Positions 41,776 to 54,531 are shown, counted from the stretch's first letter. The stretch is DNA of 64,000 nt from Octopus sinensis (GCF_006345805.1 NC_043011.1:28718464-28782463); one strand, 5' to 3'. The notes: generated from the letters alone by a model not told the origin. Translations and numbers: made by a program.

Positions 41776-43165
41776 TAAGGGGACTGCCTATTCCCACTGA
41801 TCTTAGTACTGTGCTTGATACCACTAACACTGATTCTGAGGAACGCAAAAGCTGGGTATGTACTCAAAAGCCACCAGCGAAAAGTCAACCATTTGTTATT
41901 CATGGATGACCTCAAACTTTATCGTAAAGATGAAGCCCAAGTCAGTTCCCTCGTCGATACGGTGCATACATTCAGTGCTGATATCAGAATGGAGTTCGGA
42001 CTGAGAAAGTATGGTGTTAGTATTGAAGAGAGGCAAAATCAAATGTATGGGCGGGCTAATGATACCACCGGGGGAGGTTATGAAGCAGATAGAAGAGACG
42101 GGCCATAAGTACTTGGGGATACTGGAAATGGAGAAATTGAATGGAGAAAGAAATGACAAAAAAATGTGGAATACTTGTGCAGAATGAGACTGATTCTTAA
42201 GTCGAAATTAAACGGACGGAATAAGATCGAAGCTATCAACACCTGGGTGGTTTCACTCCTTAGATATGGAGCAGGGGTAATCGCATGGACAGTAGACAAA
42301 CTAAACAGCTTTGACAGAAAGACAAGGAAGTTGCTAACTAGATATGGGTCACTCCACCCACAAAGTGACACAGACAGACTGTATGTACCAAGAAAAAGAT
42401 GGGGAAGAGGACTTATTGGATGCGAACACAGCATTAGAGCAGAAGAAAACAGCATATCATGGTATGTACAAAATGCCACAGAACCGCTATTATTAGAAGT
42501 AGGAAGGTCAGGCTTGTGTAGGATGAAAGATTGAAAAGATAAAGCGCTATACAAGAAATTGAAAACGAATGAAACTGAAAATAGGTGGGTAAAGAAAAAA
42601 ATGCATGGTAAATTTCATAGGGATGCTGAAGATAAGACAGACAGGGAAAAAAGATGGTTGCAGATGACTAAAAGTGATTTAAAACCTGAATCGGAGACTC
42701 TAATCTGTGCTGCCCAAGAGCAAGCACTAAGGACAAACTACATAAAATACAGAATAAACAACACAGCAGAAAGTGATAAATGCAGAATCTATGGACAAAA
42801 CGGTGAAACGTATGGCATATTACCAGCCAATGTACACCACTAGCCCAGAAGGAATATAAGAGATGCCACGACAATATAGACAAGCTTGTCCATTGGACAC
42901 TCTGCAACAAGTATGGACTTGACAGAGCAAAAAATTGGTACGACCACAAGCCTGAAGGCATCGTCGAAAATAGAAATGCAAAGATCCTATGGGATTTTAT
43001 GATTCAGTGCGACCATGAGATAGAGAACAGGAAGCCGTACACAGTCTTAATTGTGAAAGAAAACAAACTATGCTGGATCATAGATATAGCATGCCCAGCT
43101 GACAACAAGGTATGCGATAAGGAAGAAAGAAAAGTTGAGAAATATGACGTGATGAACGTACGCAT
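41776..43165 (+). mobile_element. R4/Dong-clade RLE LINE fragment (RT, zinc knuckle, endonuclease), frameshifted
   Basis: [87 protein letters not shown] and IIDIACPAD. Confidence 0.9.
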
Positions 43166-43250
43166 GGAGAAACTATTAATAGCACGATAAGTACATGTAG
43201 TCGAAACGTTTAGTAATATATATATATCTATGTATATATATATATCTATG

Positions 43251-43372
<122 letters not shown>

Positions 43373-43384
43373 ATATTGGAGGGC

Positions 43385-43634
43385 AGCGGACTCGCGGTCG
43401 TAAGATCGCGGTTTTGATTCCCAGATTGGGCGTTGTGAGTGTTTACTGAGCGAAAAACGCCTAAAGCTCCACGAAGTAGGGAGTGGTGGCAATCCCTGCT
43501 GTACTCTTTCGCCACAACTTTCTCTCACTTTTCTTCTGTTGGCCTGCTCGCTTAGTCAGTGGGGTGGCGTCATTTGAAGGCTAAAACAATGCGAAGCGCA
43601 ACATCCGATAGCCTGGTCGGTCACGGCGATCACG

Positions 43635-43637
<3 letters not shown>
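43385..43637 (+). mobile_element. SINE (family C-related), 5' truncated or degenerate
   Basis: tRNA-like head gcggtcgtaagatcgcggttttgattccc. Shares ctctttcgccacaact with 13583-13800. Confidence 0.55.
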
Positions 43638-43679
<42 letters not shown>

Positions 43680-44664
43680 CTATATGTGTTTCTGGTTAGT
43701 AATCTGCCTCTTGTCGAAGCTTGAAGAGAATAACTTCCACTGGTTTAAATTATATTCTATTCTCTTTATTACTAGATCTGATCACAAACATTTGATTCTA
43801 TAATCCGCAACACACAATTGATAGGAAAACATATATTTAATTGATTTACGGATGTACATATTCAGAAATACATTTATGTAATCGTTGATTTGACTCTTGT
43901 AAATTAGATCTAAAATTTTGCAAATTTAGATCTAAATATTTATCGAATTCCGTTCTATTTTAATCTCTTAAAGCAAGCGCTGTGTAATTATTATATTATT
44001 CTCCCAACAAGATCAGAAATGATCTATATATAGCGTTACGAATAAGCTTTTATTTCTCTAAAACTTGATAAAAGAAGAAAGGAGCTGTAATTATGATCTT
44101 GTATTTCTAAAGCAATTCAGAAAAAATACTGAATCTTTTTATAGATAGTTGATTATTCTATGCGTAACTGCCACTAGGCACGTCAATATATATGCAAAAT
44201 GGCGTTCAGGATAACTTTTATCGTTAAGATTTTGTCCGGGTTTCTATTAGTTACAATGAAAATAGCTCTTGGTTTTGATAAATTCTAATTTTGTAAGAAG
44301 ATAAGCTTTCACGTTAAGGCCACGTCAAAGGATTATGTAGTACGACAATCGTAAGACGAGATATGAAATTAATAGTCACACACATAAACGCATGCACAGG
44401 CACACACATATACTCGTATTTGCATATGCACATTGGCATACACATTCATACACAAGCGTGCATAATACCACATATGCTCACATACGCATGCACTCACGTA
44501 TGCGTACATCATGCACGAAGCACGCACCCACGCATGCACACATTTATCTTATTTCTTCTACACACACAGACACACACAAAACACACCACTCCATTTCATT
44601 TTGCCTTTTATTTATCTTTCAGTCGCCTTACATATACACACACTCATATACTCATGCACATACA

Positions 44665-45535
44665 TACGAGATCTGATCAATAAGTATCCGGACTGTTGCC
44701 ATAATAACGAAGCTAAAGCGCACAGAGTAAAGCAGCTTGGCACAGATAAATCTTGAACTCTACTATGCGTACACATTAAGTTTTAACATTCTAGCTCGCT
44801 TGGGAGGAAGGTGTGTAGCGTGTAATCGTCGCATTGACCACAACAAAGAAAGTTGCCATGGCGATACCTGCTCAGAGTCCTAAGCAAAGTTGCACAAAGG
44901 GTATGGAGAGGAGTGTACGAGCCGCACACAAGTGTACAATGGTTCAAACGTTTCCAAGATGGCTGAAAAAAATGTCGATATTGACGAACGATCTGGGAGA
45001 CCAGCAACCAACAGAACTGAGAAAAACATGGCAGATGTGCGTGCAGCTGTGAGGGTAAATAGTCGAATCACCATCCGTAAGTTATCAAAGGATGTGCAGA
45101 TTAGTTACGGTTCAGTTCAGTCCGTAATAACTGAAGATTTGGGTACGGGAAGCGTGTCTGCCAAGTTTGTGCTTTTAGTTGATCACAAAGACACTCGGGT
45201 TTCAGTTTGCACAAGATCTCTTTGATTGTGTCGAGAACGATGAAAACTTTTTGAAGACTTTGCATTGGCGTTTGAGAAAGTATCGCCAAGCTTTTGGAAA
45301 AATTTGATGCAAATTCTCTGCTTAATTTTCTGTCATGATCAATGCGACGATCAGACGCTACACAACCTCATTCCAATCACTGCTGTAAATAGCGTAAGAG
45401 AGTTAGAACGTTAAAACTTAGTGTGCATGCACAGTAGAGTAGTTCAAGGTCAATCTGTGCCAAGCGGCTTTACTCAGCGTGCATTCGCTTCATTACTATA
45501 GCAAAAGTCCGGATACTTATTGATCATACCACGTA
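44665..45535 (+). mobile_element. Internally deleted mariner element with long (~135-bp) imperfect TIRs
   Basis: Ends tacgagatctgatcaataagtatccggact / agtccggatacttattgatcataccacgta. ORF 44890-45225 has DERSGRP...RITIRKLSKDVQISYGSVQSVITEDLG..VSAKFV (DNA-binding part only). Confidence 0.85.
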
Positions 45536-45602
45536 CACAGACAAACGTATTCTCACGTGCGTATACATAGATTGCTATTCTTTTCCCTTGCACACACACA
45601 CA

Positions 45603-45645
<43 letters not shown>

Positions 45646-45697
45646 TTGATATCTACTATTTTGTAGATATATAGATACTTTCATTCACACAGAAACA

Positions 45698-46107
45698 TAC
45701 TCTTACTCTTTTACTCTTTTACTTGTTTCAGTCATTTGACTGCGGCCATGCTGGAGCACCGCCTTTTAGTCGAGCAAATCGACCCCGGGATTTATTCTTT
45801 TTGTAAGCCCAGTACTTATTCTATCGGTCTCTTTTGCTGAACCGCTAAGTGACGGGGACGTGAACACACCAGCATCGGTTGTCAAGCAATGCTAGGGGGA
45901 CAAACACAGACACACAAACACACACACATATATATATACATATATACGACAGGCTTCTTTCAGTTTCCGTCTACCAAATCCACTCTCAAGGCATTGGTCG
46001 GCCCGGGGCTATAGCAGAAGACACTTGCCCAAGATGCCACGCAGTGGGACTGAACCCGGAAGCATGTGGTTGGTTAGCAAGCTACTTACCACACAGCCAC
46101 TCCTGCA
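45698..46107 (-). mobile_element. tRNA-derived SINE family A, full copy
   Basis: Matches 10939-11347. Confidence 0.85.
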
Positions 46108-46517
46108 CATGGATAAATTTATACAAATTTTCCATTGCATTTTCTTCTACAGTCCTATTGTTTGTTTACAGATATTGGTTTTAAATTTTGACACAAGGCT
46201 AACAATTCCATGGGAGGTGATTAATCGGTTACGTAAATCTCAGTGCTCAGCTGGTTCTTATTTTATCGATCTCGAAAGACAATCGACCGCGGCAGCATTT
46301 GAATTCAGAAATTGCTTGCATGCGTATATTGGTTGATATTGAAGACACAGTGTGGCCGGATGGTTAAAAAGTTCACTTCACAAACACGAGTTCTCGGTTT
46401 CAATCCCAAAACGTAGCGTCATAGATTAAAGCCATTCTCTTTAGCCTCGTGATGACCCGTACCTTGTGAGTGAAATTGGGTAGAAGGAAACTACATGGAA
46501 GCTTTTCTGATAGATTG

Positions 46518-46541
46518 ATTAGATGACGAGGCATTGGGCTA
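46518..46541 (-). other. 24-nt 28S rRNA remnant equal to the sequence 3' of the R2 insertion site
   Basis: Minus strand TAGCCCAATGCCTCGTCATCTAAT versus conserved 28S TAGCCAAATGCCTCGTCATCTAAT (one mismatch). It directly abuts the R2 3' end. Confidence 0.85.
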
Positions 46542-47500
46542 TTTCTATTATAGACATTAAATCATCATTCCCTATTTTTATAGTGGGCGGTTCCACTGAA
46601 TGCCTCGTCATTAGCGACACGCACGAACGGCAGGCACTCTAAATGTAATAGCCTGGGGCGATCTCACTGTCCCGCCAAGGGAACACGATACCACTTTATG
46701 TCTAAGTCGGCATATTTTTATGTCTTTTCTGGTTAGGTCTCCTAGTCATCGTACAGGGATCATGCCCGCAGGGATCATGCCCGCAGGGATCATGCCTCAT
46801 GCTGAGAGCTAATCTCTCAGCATATTGTACGTTATTATCATAGCCGCCCGGCTAAGTAGACATCGAAATGACCTGTCTCTGATGACCAAGGCATCCTGTG
46901 CCGCACTCGCAGGCCGGCACCAGGCCCCACAGGCACTGATTGGGAGTCCGTGCACCTCTACCGGCCGATCAAATTCCTGCAACAGCAAATGTATTAGCGG
47001 CCGATACTTGCGCACTTTCTTTAGAGATGCCTCTTCCTTTTCTCCAATCGGACGGTCACATCGACGACTACAACTTTCTCCGGACGGCTAAATACTAAGT
47101 CGGGTATCAGCCTGGAGCCTCCTACAATGTAAGAAGGCTCCACACTGATACTCCAACCATAATCGACAGCCTCTTTCGCTGCCAGGCTATATATTTTATT
47201 GTGCCTGGCAAATCGTGGCCCTTTAAGAGCACCACAGACTCCGCTGACGTGAGAGATAGTTTCCGCCCCTACTCTACCTCCTTGCCACGTGGAGTCCCTT
47301 CGGCCCCCACGTGTCAAGGTCTCTCAGGTGGGATATACATTAGAGCGCATCTTGAGAAGACTCAAGAAGCACTTTTCTGAACTCCCACTCGGCCTAATAA
47401 TCCAACTAATCACCACGAAACGCGGCCGTGCACGCTCCGTGCACCGGCTGGACATAATTCAAGCATACTTTGTTGTGCTGATTTTACCTGTGAATAACTT
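46542..47500 (-). mobile_element. 5'-truncated R2-like non-LTR retrotransposon (RLE domain plus 3'UTR) outside rDNA
   Basis: LLKMRSNVYPT*E.LTRG, ETISHVSGVC...RFARHNKI, PDLVFSRPEKVVVVDVTVRLE and KVRKY...EVHGLPISACGAW. Stop at 46809, 3'UTR 46542-46808, then the 28S target sequence. Confidence 0.85.
46754..46796. repeat. 15-bp tandem repeat (cagggatcatgcccg, about 2.9 copies) in the R2 3'UTR
   Basis: Direct inspection. Confidence 0.9.
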
Positions 47501-47648
47501 CAAGGGTAAACTTGTTTGTGGAATACTCCACCACTTTAATGTTAATTGAGGAGCAAGTAATTGATTTGATCGAACAACTGAATCCTCGTCATTGGACGAC
47601 AGAGATCCACCATATGCCATTAGTTAACATTATTTGAGTGGGAATAAG

Positions 47649-48915
47649 ACGGGGAGCTGGCAGAATCATTAAGGTTTAAAAAAAAACATGTTTTAGCGGC
47701 ATTTCGTCCGCATTTACGTTTTCAGTTAAAGTTCCGCCGAGGTTGACTTTACCCTTCATCCTTTCGAGTTCGATAAAATAAGTATCAGTTATGCACTGGA
47801 GTCGAGGTAATCGACTTACCCTCTCCCCACAAAATTTCAGGCCTTGTACTTATAGTAGAAAGAATTATTTGAGTGGAATTAAGGCGGCGAGCTGGCAGAA
47901 TCGTTATCACACCGGGCAAAATGTTTAGCAGTTCAAATTCCGTGCCTTTCATCATTTTGAGGACGATAGAATAAATAACAGTTGAGCACTGGGGTCAATG
48001 TAATCGACTAGTCGCTCTCCCCTGAAATTGCTGTCCTTGTGCCAAAACTTGAAACCATTATTTGAATGGAGTGAATGCGGTGAGCTGGCAGAATCGTTAG
48101 TACGCCGGGCGAAATGCTTAGCGATATTTCGTCTGCCGTTACATTCTGAGTTCAAATTCCGCCGAAGTTGACTTTGCCTTTCATCCTTTCGGGATCGATA
48201 AAGTAAGTACCAGTTGCGTAATCGGGTCGATCTAATCGACTGGTCTCCTCCCCCCAAATTTCGGGCCTTGTGCCTAGAGTAGAAAAGAATCGTTAGCACA
48301 CCGAGCAAAATGCTTAGTGGTATTTCTTCCGTCTTTACGTTCTGAGTTCAAATTACGCCGAGGTTGACTTTGCCGTTCATCTTTTCGGGGTCGATAAATT
48401 AAGTACCAGTTGCATACTGGGTCGATCTAATATCGACTGGTCTCCTCCCCCAAAATTTCGGGCCTTGTGCCTAGGGTAGAAAAGAATCGTTAGCACACCG
48501 GGCAAAATGCTTAGTGGCATTTCGTCCGTCTTTACGCTCTGAGTTCAAATTACGCCGAGGTCGACTTTGCTTTTCATCCATCGGGTTCGATAAAATAAGT
48601 ACTAGTTGTGTACTGGGGGTCGATGTGATCGACTATTCCCATATTCCCAAATTTCAGACTTTGTGCCTATAGTAGAAAGGATTATTTGAATGGAATTAAG
48701 ATGGCTGGCTGGCTGGCAGCGTCATTATCATGTTATACAAGATGCTTAGCTGCGTTTCTTCCAGCTCTTTAAAGTATAAGTCCAAATCCCGTTGAAATCA
48801 ACTTTACTTTTCATCCTTTCGGGATCAATAAAATAAAGTAAGTCAAATACTGGGGCCAATGTAATCGACTTGCTCCCTTCCCTCACAACTGCTGGCCTTG
48901 TGCCAAAAATAGAAA
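47649..48915 (+). mobile_element. Cluster of six same-strand family B SINEs, partly head-to-tail
   Basis: Repeated gaatcgttagcac..gggc(a/g)aaatgcttag...gagttcaaatt..gccga.gt.gactttgc units near 47649, 47882, 48077, 48286, 48485 and 48700. Confidence 0.85.
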
Positions 48916-48942
48916 GGATTTTTTGATCAAATTAGTTGCTGA

Positions 48943-49410
48943 TGCTATACGGACACAAACTGTGTGTCGGTAGCCAGCTGGAAAAGATATTTTCCTGGGG
49001 CTAAACAGTAGTAAAATCTTCCTGCTACATTCTGTTGGCAAATAAGCTTTACTGTTCGGTACTGTTACTGCATATCTCTCGCTCAGAGATTTGAAACCAG
49101 TTATTTTTCTCTTTACGAGATCAGCGACTGTGTGTCGTTTTAAAAATTATATAGCATGGGCACGTCGAGTAATCCCTCATCACTGGCCTGTGATTGTCTC
49201 ACACCGAAGACGAAAAACAACTCAGAAACCAGGGTCTGTGAGTATCACGAAGGATAGTGATGGAAGCGATAAACTCTCTTGTTCATGCTATACAGACACA
49301 AACTGTGTGTCGGTTGCCAGCTGGAAAAAGATTTTTTCTGGGGCTAAATAATAGTAACATCGTCCTGTGTAGGACTGCCACATACTGTTGGCAAATAAAC
49401 TTTACCATAT
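48943..49410 (+). mobile_element. Hammerhead repeat family H2, locus 2: about 1.3 tandem monomers (period 343 nt)
   Basis: tgctatac.gacacaaactgtgtgtcggt.gccagctggaaaa occurs at 48943 and 49286. Homologous to the 4328-4798 arms and spacer. Confidence 0.75.
49198..49242 (+). ncRNA. Type I hammerhead-like fold (family H2)
   Basis: CUCACA-CCGAAGA-C-GAA aaacaa CUC-A-GAA-ACC ag GGU-C-UGUGAG. Perfect 6-bp stem I. Predicted cleavage after 49236. Confidence 0.6.
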
Positions 49411-49452
49411 AACAATATATATACATATATAATACATAATACATAACGCGTT

Positions 49453-49563
<111 letters not shown>

Positions 49564-49599
49564 ATACAGTGCATGCTTGTTAGTAGGAGCTAGACTTCA

Positions 49600-50680
49600 C
49601 ATTGTAAATAAATTATACAGTTCTATATTTAAGAGATGAGGAGTTATGTACACTATTTACATTAGACGGATATTTGTCCTCATCTTTATTGACAACGTTT
49701 CGCCTGATATATTCTTCAGCTTCCATCAAGTGTCTTGGGGGAAATTTCGAACACTGTATGGAGATGGATTGCTCAGTGCCTAAAACACCGTGCAAAGAAT
49801 ATAAGTAGCGATCGTGATACACACCACGAAGAAATGATCAAGCTCAATAACAATTTATTAAGCAACAACTACTCCCAAAATATACTACCCACTCCAATTT
49901 TGAAGAAAAGAGAGGATGAAACCAACAAACTGTCCACAGCCTGTCTACCCTATGTGAAAGGCCTCTCTGAAAAGATACAAAAGATATGCGGCCCATATGA
50001 CATCAGGACAGTATTCAAGAGTAATACAACACTTCGCAAATAACTCCGAGTAAAACCATCAATAGAAGAGAATGACCAAAGACTGCGTGTACTTCATCCC
50101 ATGCAGCTGTGGTAAGTTATACAAAGGCGAAACATGCCGCCCCACTGAAAATAAGGGTAGACGAAATCGCAAAGCTGTGACATGAGGAGATATTGATAAA
50201 TCGGGTATAGCTGATCATGTATGGAAAATGGAAACCACCTCCCCTTGTGGGATGAAGTTAAAATAATAGACAGAGAACATCACTGGAAAATACGAAAACT
50301 AAAAGAAGCAGCACATATGCTAGGACAGAACAACCCCCTAAGCAGACGAGTGCAGATATAAGTATTATATGGGAACCGGTATTAAGGAAGGATAGGAAAA
50401 TGTTAGATTTATAAGTCCTAAAATTCACTCCATAATTGCCCACGGGCATATGGCGTGGTGGTTAAGAGCGCGGGCTACTAACCCCAAGATTCCGAGTTAT
50501 AATAATAATAATGATAATGATAATAATAATAATGATAATGATAATAATGATAATAATAATAACATCGAAAAATACCTTAGGAATGAGAACCCAGGTTCGA
50601 AATTTCCCCAAGACTTCATGAAGGCTGGAGGGTATATCAGCCAACAAACAAATATCCGTTAAATGTAAATAATGAAAATA
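49600..50680 (+). mobile_element. 5'-truncated Penelope element (RT C-terminus plus GIY-YIG) with an inverted pseudo-LTR upstream and a direct pseudo-LTR remnant downstream
   Basis: ACLPYVKGLSEKIQKICGPYDIRTVFK, CVY.IPCSCGKLYKGETCRP, SGIADHVW and LWDEVKIIDREHHWKIRKLKEA. 49600-49752 is the reverse complement of 50595-50675. Confidence 0.9.
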
Positions 50681-51796
50681 AATTATATTTAGGATTAACA
50701 TGAGTTAAATTCTTAACTTTGCTCTGAAACATGATTATAACTTCCTACTCTTTCTCTGTCTCGCTCTCTCTCTCCAACATACACATGAATCGTGTGGACC
50801 ATGATTGAATAACTTACAACTATATGATTGTTTCAATACATTCGCTGACTTCGCCAAAGGCTATATTGTCCATTGAATGCTTCGTAGCATTTGTACAGTT
50901 GTAATGCATTATCTGGTTAATGCATACATACATCTATAATGCATTATCTGGTTACCCGCATACATACATCTATATATATATATATACAAATATATGCATA
51001 TCTACACATACACACACATAACTACTTTCTTTAATCCAGTATGCACATCTCTTTGTTTGTGCCAACGCCGTCTTCCCGCCAACGGAGTTGTCCACTTGAT
51101 TAAATTTATCATTTATAGGTTACGATTGCTGACACTGTGAATATTGCTGACACCATGAACATTGCAGACACACTGAATATTGCTATCCCTATATATTAAT
51201 CATTTTCTTTTTCTTTCCTCTTCTTCATTTTCCATCGTTCGTCTCTTGCAGAGATCTTTGCTATTCTCTGTGTTTTTTCTTTAAATCATTTTCCCTGAAG
51301 AATAAGTAGCTAGATCACCCCAAATCAAAACTAGTATTTAACTGGTTCTGCAATAATTAATCGGTGCGCTTTAATCAATAGGAATTAAGTAAATGAATAA
51401 GTAGCACTTGAATTTATTAAGCGTATTTTATGTACTAAGAAATACTGCTCAGAAAATGATATTTTTTGAGAATGTCGGCAACTGACTTCAAAAATGTTTT
51501 GAATAACCACGATGTGCCACTTGCACGGGCGAGAGAGAAGCTTGAACAAACATCACAAAGCATTCTATCCGACACTGGAGCAACTCTGTCGTTCAGCCAC
51601 CTTAGGCATGTAAGGATAAACGCACACACACTCACATACAAATACACACACACACACACAAACACACACAGATGTGTATATAAATATATACATACATAAT
51701 TATGTATACATGTACATATGAGGATGTTTATATATATGTATGTTTATATATTATATATTTACATATATGTACATATGCATTCACATTCATATATGC

Positions 51797-51829
<33 letters not shown>

Positions 51830-51856
51830 TGTATGTATGTATATATATATATATAT

Positions 51857-52150
51857 TTTCTTTTCAGTCATTTTGACTGCGGTAACGCTGGAGCACCGAT
51901 TTTAGTCGAACAAATCGAACCCAGGACTTATTCTTTGTAAACCTAGTACTTATTCTACTGGTCTCTTTTGCCGAACCGCTAAGTTACGGGGACGTAAACA
52001 CACCAATATCAGTTGTCAAGTGATGTTGCGGGTACAAACACAGGCATACAAGTACACACGCGCACTCACACACTCACACTCACTCACACACTCATACACA
52101 CACCACATATATACGACGGGCTTCTTTCAGCTTCCTTTTACCAAATCCAC
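51857..52150 (-). mobile_element. tRNA-derived SINE family A, head-truncated
   Basis: Matches the 3' two-thirds of 10939-11347. Confidence 0.8.
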
Positions 52151-52154
52151 ACAG

Positions 52155-52208
<54 letters not shown>

Positions 52209-52306
52209 GTCAGATATAACTGAGATTCACTTGAATTAGGTACTTAAGTTGAAGTACCAAATTAGTGCGGTATTAACCGTACAACTTAGAGTAAGGTGAA
52301 TAATAT

Positions 52307-52781
52307 CAAAATAAGCAACAGAATATCAAGCGGTGATGCAGTACGACCGTTTCAAGCAGCTCCACTTAATTGAACAATGCAATCATTACATCAATTTAAT
52401 TGCAGGGCTATCCTCAGCTACATAAATAAATAGCATTTTTAATCAGTTGGACACACTAATATAATTTTACTCAAATGCTCTAATAGAGCAAGAAGGGGGA
52501 AAAAGTCCATGTTGCCACAAATACTTCATACGATTCTTAGACGTGTAGTATATTCTTAGCTACAATAGTTGCAACATGGACTCTTTCCACCTTCTTGGTC
52601 TATTAGAGCATTTGAGTAAAATTATATTAATGTGTCCAACTAATTAAAAATTCTATTTATTTATTTATGCAGCTGAGGATAGACCTGCATTTAAATTGAT
52701 GTAATGATTGCATTTTCAATTAAGTGGAGCCGCCTGTAGCGGTCGTACTGCATCACCTTTTGATATCCTGTTGCTTATTTT
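52307..52781. mobile_element. ~475-bp foldback/MITE-like element (arms ~210 bp, spacer ~50 bp)
   Basis: 52307-52517 is the reverse complement of about 52570-52781. A related arm fragment lies at 41470-41560. Confidence 0.75.
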
Positions 52782-52784
52782 TAT

Positions 52785-52862
<78 letters not shown>

Positions 52863-53169
52863 GTATGTATGTATGTATATACATACGACGGACTTCTTTC
52901 AGTTTCCGTCTACCAAATCCATTCACAAGGCTTTGGCCGGCCCGAGGCAATTGCAGAAAACACTTGCCCCAAGATGCCACGCAGAGCGGCTGACACATGT
53001 ATCTATATATGCATAACCACATATAAATATCTGCAACGAGGTTTAATAAATAAGAGCACTAGGGAGAGATTTTCAAAATTTTATTTACAACATAATTAAG
53101 TACAACAGAAGAATATGACTTGAAAGATATAAAAATGCACGATGTTACAATATAATATGTAAGCATGCA

Positions 53170-53895
<726 letters not shown>

Positions 53896-54074
53896 TGTTA
53901 AAAAGAACGGGTAAAATATCGGAACTAAATACGGGTGTATTTTGATTATTTTCAAGTAGCTAAAAGTTTCGCAAATGATTCAAGAGCCGACAGTCTCTAC
54001 GAGGCACTCTGAAACTGTTGAGTGCCATGTGCGAAACTCTCGGCCCCGTTGAATCACTCTTCTAACCACCTGCC

Positions 54075-54128
<54 letters not shown>

Positions 54129-54189
54129 TAATAATAATAATAATGATGATAATGATAACAACAACAACAACAACAACAATAATAATAAT

Positions 54190-54480
54190 AAAAAATAGAG
54201 GTAACCAGAATGTGGAATCTAAAAACAGAAACAATTCCTATCATAGTAGGTGCATTAGGCATGATAAAAAAATATTCAGACAAATACATAACAAAAACAC
54301 CAGGACTTACAAACACATATAACATACAGAAAATTGCACTACTGGGCACTGCACACATCCTACGCAGAACACTTTCCATACAATAACCATCAGAGCATCA
54401 CAACAAATCACAGCACATACCTAAGGCACACAGAGCTGCGCTCGGTAGTGAAGTGAAAGCACGCTATAAAAATAAAACTA

Positions 54481-54530
<50 letters not shown>
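54190..54530 (+). mobile_element. R4/Dong-like LINE 3' end with (TAA)n on both sides
   Basis: IEVTRMWNLKTETIPIIVGALGMIKK...IQKIALLGTAHILRRTL*, then a 3'UTR and (TAA)n at 54484-54530. (TAA)n also lies upstream at 54076-54190. Confidence 0.85.

Positions 54531-54531
<1 letters not shown>

Noticed and set aside
46518-46541. rRNA gene
   Set aside because: Only 24 nt match 28S. It is annotated as an R2 flank instead.
50445-50497. tRNA-Ser-like gene
   Set aside because: It is truncated in the T arm and runs into (TAA)n, so it is most likely a SINE head fragment.
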